A stretch of 64,000 nucleotides of DNA from the NCBI GenBank assembly GCA_963803435.1, contig CAWDML010000001.1, forward strand, positions 192,001 through 256,000, in the 5' to 3' direction. This DNA is from an uncultured delta proteobacterium (GTDB lineage Bacteria > Myxococcota > Kuafuiibacteriia > Kuafuiibacteriales > Kuafuiibacteriaceae). A program made the position numbers and the translations under genes. The notes below the pieces were generated by a model. That model did not search any database, was not told where the DNA came from, and saw nothing but the letters and a program-made list of their open reading frames with translations. Positions 1 to 10,010 of the stretch are shown in pieces. Numbering within the stretch: the first letter of the stretch is position 1; each line of letters opens with the position of its first letter.

Positions 1-10
1 CCGCTTCCTG

Positions 11-1573
11 ATGGCGCTGATGCACGACGTGATCGCGAACGCCGCCCGCGGTCGCCGGAAGCGCCTCCTTCCCGAAACGTCGGAGAAGATCCTTCGCACC
101 GTGCGCCTGGCCGCCCGCTACACCTACGCGATCTACGTCCTGCTCGTGATCTCGGAGGAGGTGCTGGGCCGCGGGTATCTCTACCGGCTGGTGGTGCAAT
201 TCTTCTGGATCGGGACCCTGCCGATCGCGTTCGTCCTGATCCAGCGGTGGAGAGAGGACATCGCGTCGACGTATCTCCGTCTCTATCCCAACGGACGCTT
301 TGCAGAGTCAGTGGCGCGGACCCGCGACAAGGCCGTCGGGTTCTTCGTCGCCGTGGGCGCGTTCGGGTCGGTGGCCGCGCGCGGGCTCACCGTATACAGC
401 GGCGACGTCCTGCTGCGCTTCGATCAGACGCGCAAGGCGCTCGCCTTTGTCTTCCGCCGGCGGCTCGAGCGTCACGCCGACGAGGTGGGGCGTGGAACCG
501 CCGATCTCGCGAACCTGCCCCCTGCCGTCGAGGCCGCCTTCTCGGAGGAGCCCGTGGCGCCGCACCTCCAGATCGATCACTGGCCCCACCTCGACGAGGC
601 CGTCGAGCGGATCGCGCAGTGGGAGGTGGGCAACGAGGGCCTCTCGCTGGCGCTGATCGGCGAGCGCGGCGCCGGCAAGAGCTCGTGGCTGCTCGAGCTG
701 GCGCGCCGGACCGCCGTGCAGCCGCGCTGGCTGCGCCTGACCCGCCGCCTCATGACGGAGGAGGCGATCTCGGTCGCGCTCTCCGAGGCGCTGCTCGAGG
801 AGACCGTCCGTGACCTCGAGGCGTTCGCGACGTCGCTCGAGAACGGGCCGAAGCGGATCCTGATCATCGAGCACGGGCAGGACCTGATCCTCCGCACGGT
901 CGGCGGGACTGCCGCCTACGAGGCGCTGATGAACCTGGTAGCGCGCGTGAGCCACCGGGTCATGTTCGTGGTGAGCTTCTCCCGCTACGCCTGGAAGTTC
1001 CTCGATCAGCGCTACCGCGGCCGGAACCTCTTCACGGCCGAGTACGTGCTCGACGGCTGGCCCGAGGACGCGATCGGCCAGCTGATCGAAGTCCGCATGG
1101 AGGCGGCCGGTTGCGAGGCCGACTTCCGCGACCTGCTCCTCGATCCGCTGGTCGGGGACGAGCTCCAGGAAGAGCTCGCCCGCACCGCCGAGCGGTTCCG
1201 CCGCCTCCTCTGGGACTACGCCGACGGCAACCCGCGCGTGGCCATCCACTACTGGCTCCGATCGCTCGTCCCGGTCCCCGGGGATCCCGCCCGGATGAAG
1301 ATCCACCTCTTCATCGCCCCGGACGATAAGGATCTCGAGGCGCTCGAAGAGGAGTCGACGTTCGCCCTGGCCTCGATCGCGATCCATGAGAACCTCACGC
1401 TGGACGAGATGGCCTCCGCCCTCGCCTATCCTCGCGAGGTCTGCTTGGCCGCCGTCGGACACCTCCGCTCGCAGGGCATGATCGCCGTGGCGGAGGGTAC
1501 CTATCGCGTCACGCCCAAACACTACCGGTCCGTCGTCCGCTATCTGCGCCGCAAGAACCTCATCCACTCTTGA
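11..1573 (+). CDS. Membrane protein with C-terminal P-loop (AAA-like) domain; probably 5'-truncated by the window edge
   Basis: N-terminal hydrophobic helices; Walker A GERGAGKS; YADGNPR motif; directly upstream of MscS. Confidence 0.7.
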   Translation: MALMHDVIANAARGRRKRLLPETSEKILRTVRLAARYTYAIYVLLVISEEVLGRGYLYRLVVQFFWIGTLPIAFVLIQRWREDIASTYLRLYPNGRFAESVARTRDKAVGFFVAVGAFGSVAARGLTVYSGDVLLRFDQTRKALAFVFRRRLERHADEVGRGTADLANLPPAVEAAFSEEPVAPHLQIDHWPHLDEAVERIAQWEVGNEGLSLALIGERGAGKSSWLLELARRTAVQPRWLRLTRRLMTEEAISVALSEALLEETVRDLEAFATSLENGPKRILIIEHGQDLILRTVGGTAAYEALMNLVARVSHRVMFVVSFSRYAWKFLDQRYRGRNLFTAEYVLDGWPEDAIGQLIEVRMEAAGCEADFRDLLLDPLVGDELQEELARTAERFRRLLWDYADGNPRVAIHYWLRSLVPVPGDPARMKIHLFIAPDDKDLEALEEESTFALASIAIHENLTLDEMASALAYPREVCLAAVGHLRSQGMIAVAEGTYRVTPKHYRSVVRYLRRKNLIHS

Positions 1574-1585
1574 GAAGGAGCTCCC

Positions 1586-2419
1586 ATGGAAGATGCATCC
1601 CACGTATTTGCGTTCGTCCGTGTCGGCGGACTCTTCACCGCGTTCATCCTCCTCGCGGTGGTCTGGGTCGGCGGGCAGGTCCTGTCGCGCTCGTCGACCC
1701 GCCTGGGCGCGCGCTTCACCGATCGCCGGCTCCAGATCCAGCAGATCGGCACCTTCATCCGCTTCTTCCTCTACATCGCCGGGTTCATGGGCGCGCTGCT
1801 GCTCTCCTTCCGGCTCTCGGAGGAGATGCTGCTCGCCCTCGGCGGGACCATCGCCGTCACCGTCGGCTTCGCCTTCAAGGATCTGGCGGCGTCCATCATC
1901 GCCGGGCTGACGATCCTGATCGATCGACCGTTCCAGGTGGGCGATCGCGTCACCTTCGGCACCCACTATGGCGAGATCACCGCGATCGGCTTGCGCTCGG
2001 TCCGCCTGACCACGCTCGACGACAGCCTGGTCACCATCCCCAACAACAAGTTCCTGACCGACGCCGTCGCCAGCGGCAACGCCGGCGAGCTGAACATGCT
2101 GATCCAGATCGACTTCTTCATCGGCGTCGATCAGGACATCCGCCTGGCCAAGCGGATCGTCTCCGACGCGATCACCTCGAGCCGCTACGCGTTCCTCAAG
2201 AAGCCGTGGGCGGTCCTGGTCAACCAGGTCATCCAGGACAGCTACTTCGCGTTCCGGCTCCGCTCGAAGGTCTACGTCCTCGACGTCAAGTTCGAGAAGG
2301 CGCTGGAGACCGAGGTGACCGAGCGCGTGACGGAAGGCTTCCGCAAGGCCGGCATCCTTCCCCCGGCGATCCTCCATCGCTCGCTGGCCGAGGCCACCGC
2401 CGCCTCGCTCGCAGCCTGA
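1586..2419 (+). CDS. mscS: Small-conductance mechanosensitive channel (MscS family)
   Basis: Three TM segments, VGFAFKDLAASIIAG, RPFQVGDRV, IGLRSVRL, IPNN; AGGAG RBS upstream. Confidence 0.9.
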   Translation: MEDASHVFAFVRVGGLFTAFILLAVVWVGGQVLSRSSTRLGARFTDRRLQIQQIGTFIRFFLYIAGFMGALLLSFRLSEEMLLALGGTIAVTVGFAFKDLAASIIAGLTILIDRPFQVGDRVTFGTHYGEITAIGLRSVRLTTLDDSLVTIPNNKFLTDAVASGNAGELNMLIQIDFFIGVDQDIRLAKRIVSDAITSSRYAFLKKPWAVLVNQVIQDSYFAFRLRSKVYVLDVKFEKALETEVTERVTEGFRKAGILPPAILHRSLAEATAASLAA

Positions 2420-2527
2420 CGCTGTAGCCCCCGATACTTCACCGGGTGACGCGGATCTCAGCGCGACCGACCGAGACCTGCGCGTTTGCTTGCGGAATCC
2501 GATCGGGAGCCGCCATCATTCGCTCCG

Positions 2528-4124
2528 ATGACGGTGAAGCAGCTCGCGACGGGAGCATACGGCAACTGGATCGACGCGCTGACGAACACGAACCGGCGCT
2601 GGGACGACGGCGCGGTCCAGACCCCGCGCGTGGGTTGGATCGGCTGGGGCGCGCAGGTGTTCGATCAGGTCGTCGGCCGCGACGGCGGGCCGAAGCTCGA
2701 GGATGAACCCAAGGCCTCCGAGCAGCAGGTGGCCGCCCGCGTGCGCGCGCACCTGATCCAGGGCTTGGCCAAGCTGGCCGCGCCCGACCTCGCGGGTGAC
2801 TTTCCCAAGGTCGCGTTCGGCCCCGAGCATCGGTCCGAGATCCGCCGAACGCTCACTGCGGTGGCGGAGCAGCTGGGCCGCGCCGGAGTCGCAGAGCTCG
2901 CAGGCGAGCGGCCGTTCGAGGCGCTCGCCACCCTGCCGCACGCGATCCTCGAGCGCGCGCTGGAGCGTCTAGGGAGCGCCGCCGGGTCGACGATCGCGCC
3001 GGCGGTCGCGCTGATGAGCTCCATGGATGCGCAGACGGTCCGCGATCCCGAGGCCTTCGCCCTCGACAAGCTGGCTGAGCTGGTCGGTAACGCGCGCCGC
3101 ACCGGAGCGGCGACGATCGAGCTCTCGAGCATTCGCGAGGGCGTGCACCGCGCGACGCTGGGCGTCGACAGCGGCGCGCTCAAAAGGCTCGGGATCGACA
3201 TCGCGCTCGAAGACGCGATCGTTCCTCCGAGAAAGATCTTCTATCGGACCCTGTCGCCGCTCGCGAAGCCCTCGGGCAAGGTCGTGATCCTTCCGCCTGG
3301 CTACTCCGAGACCGGCAGCAACATGCTCAAGCAAGCCGAGGAGCTGCGAAAGGATGGCCACTTCGTGGTCTGCCCCGACATGAAGTTCGATGGCTTCGGC
3401 GAGACCACCAGCGGAAGGTTCGAATCGCTGGTCCACGTCGCCCGCGACATCGCCGAGATCGCCCGGGCCGAGGGCGGCCGCGTCCTCCGCGAGGAGCTGG
3501 CCGGTCACCCCGAAGCCGAGATCATCCTCTCTGGCAACAGCACCACCGGCGGCGGCAGCATCCTGGCGGCGCAGCTCTTGAAGGCCGGCGCGTTCCGCGG
3601 CGAGCTCGAGGATCCTCCGCTCGGCAGGGTGCGCGTGGCCGTGGCCTCGCCCTACCTCGCCCCCTCCGAGCGGTTCCAAGCGCAGCTGGTCTCGAAGCTC
3701 GCGCACGCCCGCCCGCTCAGGCTCGTCACCAGCGCGCCGCTCCCGCCCGGATCACCGCTCCTCCCCATGCACCACGACCCGGCGACCAACCAGGAGATGG
3801 CGCAGGTCAGCCGCACCGAGGGACACCACTCTGCGATCGGTGCCTTCGCCGACTTCGACACGGGCCTGGCGCTGAGCCGCGCCCTGGCCGAGAAGGGCTT
3901 CTACCCCGCCGCGGTCACGGCCCACATCGACGCCCGCGACAAGGTGGCCTCCGCACCTGCGCTCCGCGAGTTCATCGAAGCGGCCGGCCGCGCCGGAAGC
4001 TTCGGGTACCTGCAGGTACACCGGCGCCGACGGCGACCACTCGGTGGTGCAGAACGACGTCGAGGCCCGCGTGCTGCCCGAGCTGATCGACGGCCTCCCG
4101 CCCCTGCTCACGCGCCAAGACTGA
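2528..4124 (+). CDS. Alpha/beta-hydrolase (lipase-like) with long N-terminal helical extension; frameshift near 4017
   Basis: PPGYSE oxyanion loop, PDMKFDGFG, nucleophile elbow GNSTTGG, Asp in DARDKVA; the shifted frame gives YTGADGDHSVV...TRQD* and supplies the catalytic His. Confidence 0.65.
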
Positions 4125-4178
4125 TCTTGGTGGCGAGCTCTGGCTGCCCACCTTCAACGCTGCGATTCTAGTAGTCCC

Positions 4179-5351
4179 ATGCGCCGAATCGACGAGCTCA
4201 CGCTGCGCGATCGAGCGACCTTGATCCGCGTCGACTTCAACGTCCCCCTCCATTGCGGCGCCATCACCGACGACACGCGCATCCGTGCTGCGCTGCCCAC
4301 CATCCGTCATGCGATCAGCGACGGGGCGCGGATCGTGCTGGCGTCACATCTGGGCAATCCGGTCGGACGCGACGCCTGCCTCGGACTGGCGCCGGTCTGC
4401 CGCCGACTGATGGAGCTGCTCGGCACGCGAGTGGAGTTCGCGGAAGACTGCGTCGGTGCAACCGTGAAGGCGCGGATCGGAGCGCTGCGCCCGGGCGAGA
4501 TCCTCCTCCTGGAGAACCTCCGCTTTCACCCGGGCGAAGAGCAGAACGATCCCACGTTCGCGCGCGCGCTGGTCGATCAGATCGAAGTCTACGTCAACGA
4601 TGCGTTCGGGACGGCACAGCGAAGCCACGCGTCGATCATCGGTGCGCCGCAGCTGGTTCGCGAGCGCGGCGCCGGCTTCCTGGTGATGAAGGAGGTCGAA
4701 ACGTTTCGAAGCCTGTTCGAGCGACCGAAGCGCCCCTTCCTGGCCGTCGTCGGCGGGGCGAAGGTTTCGGACAAGATCCGCATGATCGACACCCTGCTCG
4801 ACCGATGCGACCAGGTGCTGGTCGGCGGCGCGATGGCCTACACCATCCTGGCGGCCCAGGGGAGATTGACCGGCCTCAGCCCCGTTCAGAGAGAGCGCTT
4901 CGACGAGGTCGCGCGGGTGCTGAGCCAGCCGAGACGGGCGAAGCTGCTGCTTCCGATCGACCATTTCGTCGCAGAGAGGTTCGAAGCAGAGGCGCCCTAC
5001 GAGATCGCCCGCGAGATCCCGCCGGGTCGAGTCGCCCTCGACATCGGCCCCGAGACGCAGCGGCTCTATCGAGACCGGCTCCGGTCGGCGGCCACCATCT
5101 TCTGGAACGGACCGATGGGCGTCTTCGAGTGGTCGGCCTTCTCCTCCGGGACCCGCGCGATCGCCGAGGCGATCACGGAGACAGATGCGATCTCGGTGGT
5201 CGGCGGCGGACACTCGGTGGCGGCGGTGAACGGCTTGGGTCTGGCTGGCTCCATCACGCACCTGTCCACGGGAGGCGGGGCGAGCCTGAAGATGATCGAG
5301 AACGGAACCCTCCCGGGGGTGCAGGCGCTCGAGCTCCTCGATGGTCGCTAG
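4179..5351 (+). CDS. pgk: Phosphoglycerate kinase paralogue with substituted substrate/Mg-binding residues
   Basis: RVDFNVP, LENLRF, GGAKVSDKI, WNGPMG, STGGGASL are present; HLGRP is HLGNP, TAHR is TAQR, GGGDS is GGGHS. Confidence 0.9.
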   Translation: MRRIDELTLRDRATLIRVDFNVPLHCGAITDDTRIRAALPTIRHAISDGARIVLASHLGNPVGRDACLGLAPVCRRLMELLGTRVEFAEDCVGATVKARIGALRPGEILLLENLRFHPGEEQNDPTFARALVDQIEVYVNDAFGTAQRSHASIIGAPQLVRERGAGFLVMKEVETFRSLFERPKRPFLAVVGGAKVSDKIRMIDTLLDRCDQVLVGGAMAYTILAAQGRLTGLSPVQRERFDEVARVLSQPRRAKLLLPIDHFVAERFEAEAPYEIAREIPPGRVALDIGPETQRLYRDRLRSAATIFWNGPMGVFEWSAFSSGTRAIAEAITETDAISVVGGGHSVAAVNGLGLAGSITHLSTGGGASLKMIENGTLPGVQALELLDGR

Positions 5352-6669
5352 GCCCATACCGGTCAGCCGCACCTCACCGCGCGACAAGAACCGTCCGCAA
5401 TATCTCCTCGAGGTGGCGCTGGAGTGCGGGGAGATCGCGGATCTCGGCGTGATGGGCAGGCACCGAACGTTCCTGATCACCGGCCCGGAGCTGATCCGGC
5501 ACGTCTTCGAGCAGAACGCGACCAACTACTCCAAGAAGACCGCCCCCAGCTCGCGCTCCAGCCGCTTGCTCCTGGGCGACGGTCTCCTCGCCTCGGAGGG
5601 GGACACCAACCGTGCCCGGCGCAGGATGATGGCGGGTGCCTTCCGCCGCGAGTCGTTGATCGCGTTCCACCGGACGATGGCGCTGGTGGTGAGCGAGCTC
5701 GTTGCCGCGTGGCGCTCACGAGGTCAGGCGTTCGAGGTGGACGTCGCCGACGCGATGCGAGACCTGTCCCAGCAGATCGTCGTCCGCACCATGCTCGGCG
5801 GCGAATACATCGAGACGACTCGGAGAGCATGCGCGGCCTGGAAGACGCTCAGCGACTACGTCGGACGGAGCTTCCTGGCGCGCTTTCCCGTGCCCCTGTT
5901 CATCCCCACGCCCGACAATCGGCGCTACCTGAAGGCGCTCGCCGATCTCGACGCGAGTGTCTTCGAGATGATCGAGAGCTGCCGTCAGGGAAGGAAGAGC
6001 GGCATGCTGCTTTCGACCCTGGTGGCGGCGCTCGATCGCGACGAGATCACGCTGCAGGCCGTCCGCGACGAGATCACCAACATGTTCCTGGCAGGCCAGG
6101 AGTCGGTCTCGGCCTGCCTGACCTGGACCTGGTACCTCCTCGCGCGCGCTCCCGAGATCGCGAAAGCGGTCGAGGAGGAGCGCGACGCCCTGGCGGTGGA
6201 GACACCCTCCTATGACCAGCTGGGCGACCTCCCGTATCTCGGACGCGTGATCGAGGAGTCGTTGCGTCTGTATCCTCCCGGTTGGCTCGTCGACCGTCTC
6301 GCGCTCGAGGACGACAACGTCGGAGGATACCTCATCCCTGCCGGGTCGATGGTCCTGGTCTCGCAGTACGTGAGCCACCGCTTGCCGGACCATTGGGAGC
6401 GACCGAATGACTTCAACCCCGATCGTTTCTCAGACGCCACACCGGTGAGCCCGTACGTCTACTTCCCCTGGGGAATCGGCCGACATCTCTGCTACGGAAA
6501 GTCGTTTGCGGTCGTCGAGCTGAAGCTGATCATCGCCATGTTGGTAAGGCACTTTCGATTGTCGCTGCCATCGGGCGCGGGTGACGTCGAGGCGGTACCG
6601 AGCATCGCCTTCCGTCCACGCCACGGCCTCCCGATGGCGGTGATTGCGAAAGAACCGGGCATTCGCTAG
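5341..6669 (+). CDS. Cytochrome P450
   Basis: I-helix LAGQES, ExxR (EESLRLYPP), FNPDRF, heme motif FPWGIGRHLCYG; overlaps the pgk stop. Confidence 0.93.
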   Translation: MVARPIPVSRTSPRDKNRPQYLLEVALECGEIADLGVMGRHRTFLITGPELIRHVFEQNATNYSKKTAPSSRSSRLLLGDGLLASEGDTNRARRRMMAGAFRRESLIAFHRTMALVVSELVAAWRSRGQAFEVDVADAMRDLSQQIVVRTMLGGEYIETTRRACAAWKTLSDYVGRSFLARFPVPLFIPTPDNRRYLKALADLDASVFEMIESCRQGRKSGMLLSTLVAALDRDEITLQAVRDEITNMFLAGQESVSACLTWTWYLLARAPEIAKAVEEERDALAVETPSYDQLGDLPYLGRVIEESLRLYPPGWLVDRLALEDDNVGGYLIPAGSMVLVSQYVSHRLPDHWERPNDFNPDRFSDATPVSPYVYFPWGIGRHLCYGKSFAVVELKLIIAMLVRHFRLSLPSGAGDVEAVPSIAFRPRHGLPMAVIAKEPGIR

Positions 6670-6678
6670 ATAGGTTCA

Positions 6679-7098
6679 ATGCAGTTTGCACACATGCATC
6701 TGATGGTCGCCGACCTTCAGCGTTCGATCGACTTCTACGTCCAGCACCTGGGTTTCCGGCACACCGGCAACCAGCTCATCGCGGAGGGACGCTTCATCAC
6801 CGAGCACTGGATGGAGGCCGGCACCGAGATCGCCTTCGTGCGAGATCGCGACGGAGCGGAGATCGCGCTGGAGAAGACGGCCAAGGTGGAGAACATGCCG
6901 GCTTGGTTCCACTTCGGATTTCTACTGCCCGATGCACGCTCCGTAGAGACGCTCTATCACCGGATGAAAGAGAGCGGCGTGAAGATGCGCAAGCTGTCGC
7001 ACGAAGGCGATACCATCGGCTTCCGTTGCTATGATCCCGACGGCTACCTGCTGGAGTTCTGCCACGAGCCGGGTCGGATCGAGGCCGCCCGTGCTTGA
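6679..7098 (+). CDS. VOC/glyoxalase/bleomycin-resistance family protein
   Basis: FAHMHLMVADLQRSIDFY...LGF, HFGF, YDPDGYLLE. Confidence 0.88.
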   Translation: MQFAHMHLMVADLQRSIDFYVQHLGFRHTGNQLIAEGRFITEHWMEAGTEIAFVRDRDGAEIALEKTAKVENMPAWFHFGFLLPDARSVETLYHRMKESGVKMRKLSHEGDTIGFRCYDPDGYLLEFCHEPGRIEAARA

Positions 7099-7897
7099 CC
7101 AAACCGTCCGCTTCTTCAACAGCCTGCGGATCGACCCTGCGGAGCTCCTGGCGCTGGAGAAGCTCGCCGAGCGAAAAGAGGACCTCGCGGTCTTCGTGTC
7201 GGGCTCCTTGGTCGAGGGTCTCGGCAACGAGACCTCCGACATCGACCTGTACGTGATCGGCGCCGTGCGTCCGATCGGTGATCGCGTGATCTCCAAGAAG
7301 AGCTTCATCTGCATCTCGAAGCACGAGATCGCGGGCCGGCGGGTCGACGTGGAGTTCTGGGAGCCGAAGCCGGTCAACGAGCTTGCAGAGCTCCTGGCGA
7401 GCGTCGTGGTGGATCGTGATCTCGACGCGTTCGAGTGCGAGGAGCTCGACTTCATGCATCGGGTCAAGCATGGCCTCCCGCTGATCGGCGACGCAAACTT
7501 CGCCCGCTGGCAGCAGAGGTTCGACCAGAAGAAGCTGGTCCGCTACACGCGCTATCGAGCCGAGGTGAACGTCCGCGACGTTCTCGAGGACCTCGAAGGC
7601 ATGCTCGCCGACCGTGATCTGGAAGTCGCCATGCTGCGATGTCAGGACCTGCTGGGCGATGTCTGCGAGTTCTCGCTTCGCAGCATCGGAGAGACCAACC
7701 CCAAGAGGAAGTGGAGCATCAAGCTCCTCGCCAAGTACCCCGACATCCCGTTCGCTCGAGAGGTCCGCGCCAGGTTCTGGAGCCTTCAGTTTCCCCAGAA
7801 CGAAGCGCTCCGCACCGATCCCACGGCCCAGGAAGAGTACGTCCGCTCCTGCATGCTGTTCGCCCAAGACATCCTCGATTCCGCCCCTGATGCCTGA
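7091..7897 (+). CDS. Pol-beta-superfamily nucleotidyltransferase (KNTase-like, helical C-domain)
   Basis: GSLVEGLGNETSDIDL (GS...DxD), third acidic strand VDVEF, C-terminal GETNPKRKW; GTG start overlaps the VOC stop. Confidence 0.8.
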   Translation: MLDQTVRFFNSLRIDPAELLALEKLAERKEDLAVFVSGSLVEGLGNETSDIDLYVIGAVRPIGDRVISKKSFICISKHEIAGRRVDVEFWEPKPVNELAELLASVVVDRDLDAFECEELDFMHRVKHGLPLIGDANFARWQQRFDQKKLVRYTRYRAEVNVRDVLEDLEGMLADRDLEVAMLRCQDLLGDVCEFSLRSIGETNPKRKWSIKLLAKYPDIPFAREVRARFWSLQFPQNEALRTDPTAQEEYVRSCMLFAQDILDSAPDA

Positions 7898-8990
7898 CCT
7901 CACCAAGGAGACTCCGCTCGAGCTGGCAACGCTCCTCAAGAGCGAGCTCGTCCGCTGTGGCTTCTCCGAGGCTGCGCTCCGGGGAGCACTGGTCACGCCG
8001 TTCCCGGCAGTGTTCGTGGCACCTCATCCGAAGTGGCTGAAGCCTGATGCGGTCGCTCACTTGCCGACACCGATCGCGCAACTCGCTCGGCTCTTTCTCC
8101 TGGGAGAGACGATCACGGCTTTCGACCTCTTCCCGACCGCCTTGATGGACCTCCTCGTCGAGTGGAGCTTCATCACCTTCGAACAGGGCCGGCTGACGGC
8201 GGAGGTGATGATCGTCCCGTGGGAAGATCTCCACATCGTCTGCGATCGCTACGATCGACGGCTCGACTACAGGCACGTCTTCATCCCCAACCACAGCACC
8301 CGTCTGGTCGAGCTCTTCCTCAAGCCGACCTCGGCCCCCGTTCTCGATGTCGGCACCGGCCCGGGGACGCTCGCGAGCGTGGCCGCGAAGGCCTCGCGAA
8401 ACGTCGAGGCGATCGACGTCTCTTCCCGGGCGATCGCATTCGCCCGCTTCAATCGCGCGCTGAACAGGACCTTTTTCGAGGCGAGGATCGACGACCTTGC
8501 CGCGCTCGCTCCACCGAGCGAATCGCTCGGTTTGATCCTCTGCAACGTCCCGGCGCATGGTGGAAAGCGCGAGCACCTGGCGCATGCGTTCGCCCATTCG
8601 AGAGCGGCGGATCTCTTCATCTCCTCTCTGATACGGGTCGCGAGCGACTGCCTGACCGCCCAGGGCGTCTGCGTCCTCGGACACGATCTTCTCCTCGACA
8701 GCGAGCCGACCACCTACTTTCGCAGCGTCGGCAACGAGCAGCTGTCCGGGGTCCGCGTCGATCTGGAGTTTCTCCCCTTCCTGACCTACGAGAGGTATCG
8801 ACGCTGCTTCTCGCTCCTGGTGCGCTCCCACGAAGCGAAGGTCATCCCGATCGCAGTGACGGACGACGAGGCCGCGCGAGCGCTCGCAACGGGCGATCCA
8901 TTTGCGGCGATCATCCGCACCATCGGTGATCGCGCGGACGCGCTCGGCGCGCCCCCGGCGATCCTGAGCTACTTGAACAGCGAGCCCTGA
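7890..8990 (+). CDS. Class I SAM-dependent methyltransferase (MTS-like with N-terminal domain)
   Basis: VLDVGTGPG motif I, IDVSSRAIAFARFN, LILCNVP; ATG overlaps the upstream stop. Confidence 0.8.
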   Translation: MPDLTKETPLELATLLKSELVRCGFSEAALRGALVTPFPAVFVAPHPKWLKPDAVAHLPTPIAQLARLFLLGETITAFDLFPTALMDLLVEWSFITFEQGRLTAEVMIVPWEDLHIVCDRYDRRLDYRHVFIPNHSTRLVELFLKPTSAPVLDVGTGPGTLASVAAKASRNVEAIDVSSRAIAFARFNRALNRTFFEARIDDLAALAPPSESLGLILCNVPAHGGKREHLAHAFAHSRAADLFISSLIRVASDCLTAQGVCVLGHDLLLDSEPTTYFRSVGNEQLSGVRVDLEFLPFLTYERYRRCFSLLVRSHEAKVIPIAVTDDEAARALATGDPFAAIIRTIGDRADALGAPPAILSYLNSEP

Positions 8991-9011
8991 GAGTGCTATT
9001 GCGCAGAACGC

Positions 9012-10007
9012 ATGGCGACCAACCTGACGATCGAAGATGCCTGGGCCGAGATGGCGGACGGCCTTCACATTCAGCGTTGGTTCCTCGAGACCCGTCCAGA
9101 CAAGTTGAAACGGATCGAGCGGATGCTCACCGACCGCGGTGTCGGCGCTGAGCAAATCACCGCGATTCGCGCCTCGCTTCCCGACGGTATCGTCGAGCAC
9201 TTCTTGGATCCGCGCCAACCGGTGCCGCTGGATCAGGCGGTCGAAGCGCTGAGATTCTCCGAGATGGCGTCGTCGCTCGGGGGCGCAGCGGTGCTGCTGG
9301 TCCCCTCGAGCGCCTGCGTTCCGGGAGCCGTCCCGCTGATCGATCGCAGCAACCTGCCGGCCGCCGCGATCGCGCCGGATCCGTCGTTCAACGACGACGT
9401 CCTGGCCGTGTTGGACGCAGCCTCGACCGGGTATCTCTCGCAGCTCAACACGCGCGTGGTCGTGGAGGTCCCGCTGGTCGAGAATCCCGATACCGACGCC
9501 TACCTGGAGGAGGACCTCCTCCTCGACACAGTGATCGTTCCTGCCGGAGCGACGCCCTACGCGTACGCCGAGGATCTGGCGGCGCGCTCCGCAGCGCGGT
9601 TCTGGTTCTCCTTCCTCTTCTGCCGGCCGGACAACACTCCGCCTCCGCCGAAGACGTGGCGATCGCCCTGGTCGAAGGATCCGCGCAGCACGTACGCCAT
9701 GTACACCGAGATCACCGCCAAGGCGGTGCGCTATCGGATGCGCGATCGAATCTCCAGACTCGCCCCGGAGCTCATGACGAACGAGGAGCGCTCCACGTTC
9801 CGCGCTTCGCTGCAGCCGCTCCACGCCGAGCTCCTCAGCCAGGAGACGATGGTGGATCAGATCGAGCAGATCCTGTGCGAACCGAAGTCGGAGCCGGTTC
9901 CCTCCGACAACAACATGGATGTGGGGGACATCGTTTGCACGCTCTTCCCCGGGAAGAACCAGTGGCACAAGTACTGGCGCGGCGGCTGCGCCGGGCAGGC
10001 GGAGTGA
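9012..10007 (+). CDS. Hypothetical protein in the biosynthetic operon
   Basis: 331-aa ORF with protein-like composition, flanked closely by same-strand genes; no motif recognised. Confidence 0.65.
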   Translation: MATNLTIEDAWAEMADGLHIQRWFLETRPDKLKRIERMLTDRGVGAEQITAIRASLPDGIVEHFLDPRQPVPLDQAVEALRFSEMASSLGGAAVLLVPSSACVPGAVPLIDRSNLPAAAIAPDPSFNDDVLAVLDAASTGYLSQLNTRVVVEVPLVENPDTDAYLEEDLLLDTVIVPAGATPYAYAEDLAARSAARFWFSFLFCRPDNTPPPPKTWRSPWSKDPRSTYAMYTEITAKAVRYRMRDRISRLAPELMTNEERSTFRASLQPLHAELLSQETMVDQIEQILCEPKSEPVPSDNNMDVGDIVCTLFPGKNQWHKYWRGGCAGQAE

Positions 10008-10010
10008 TCG

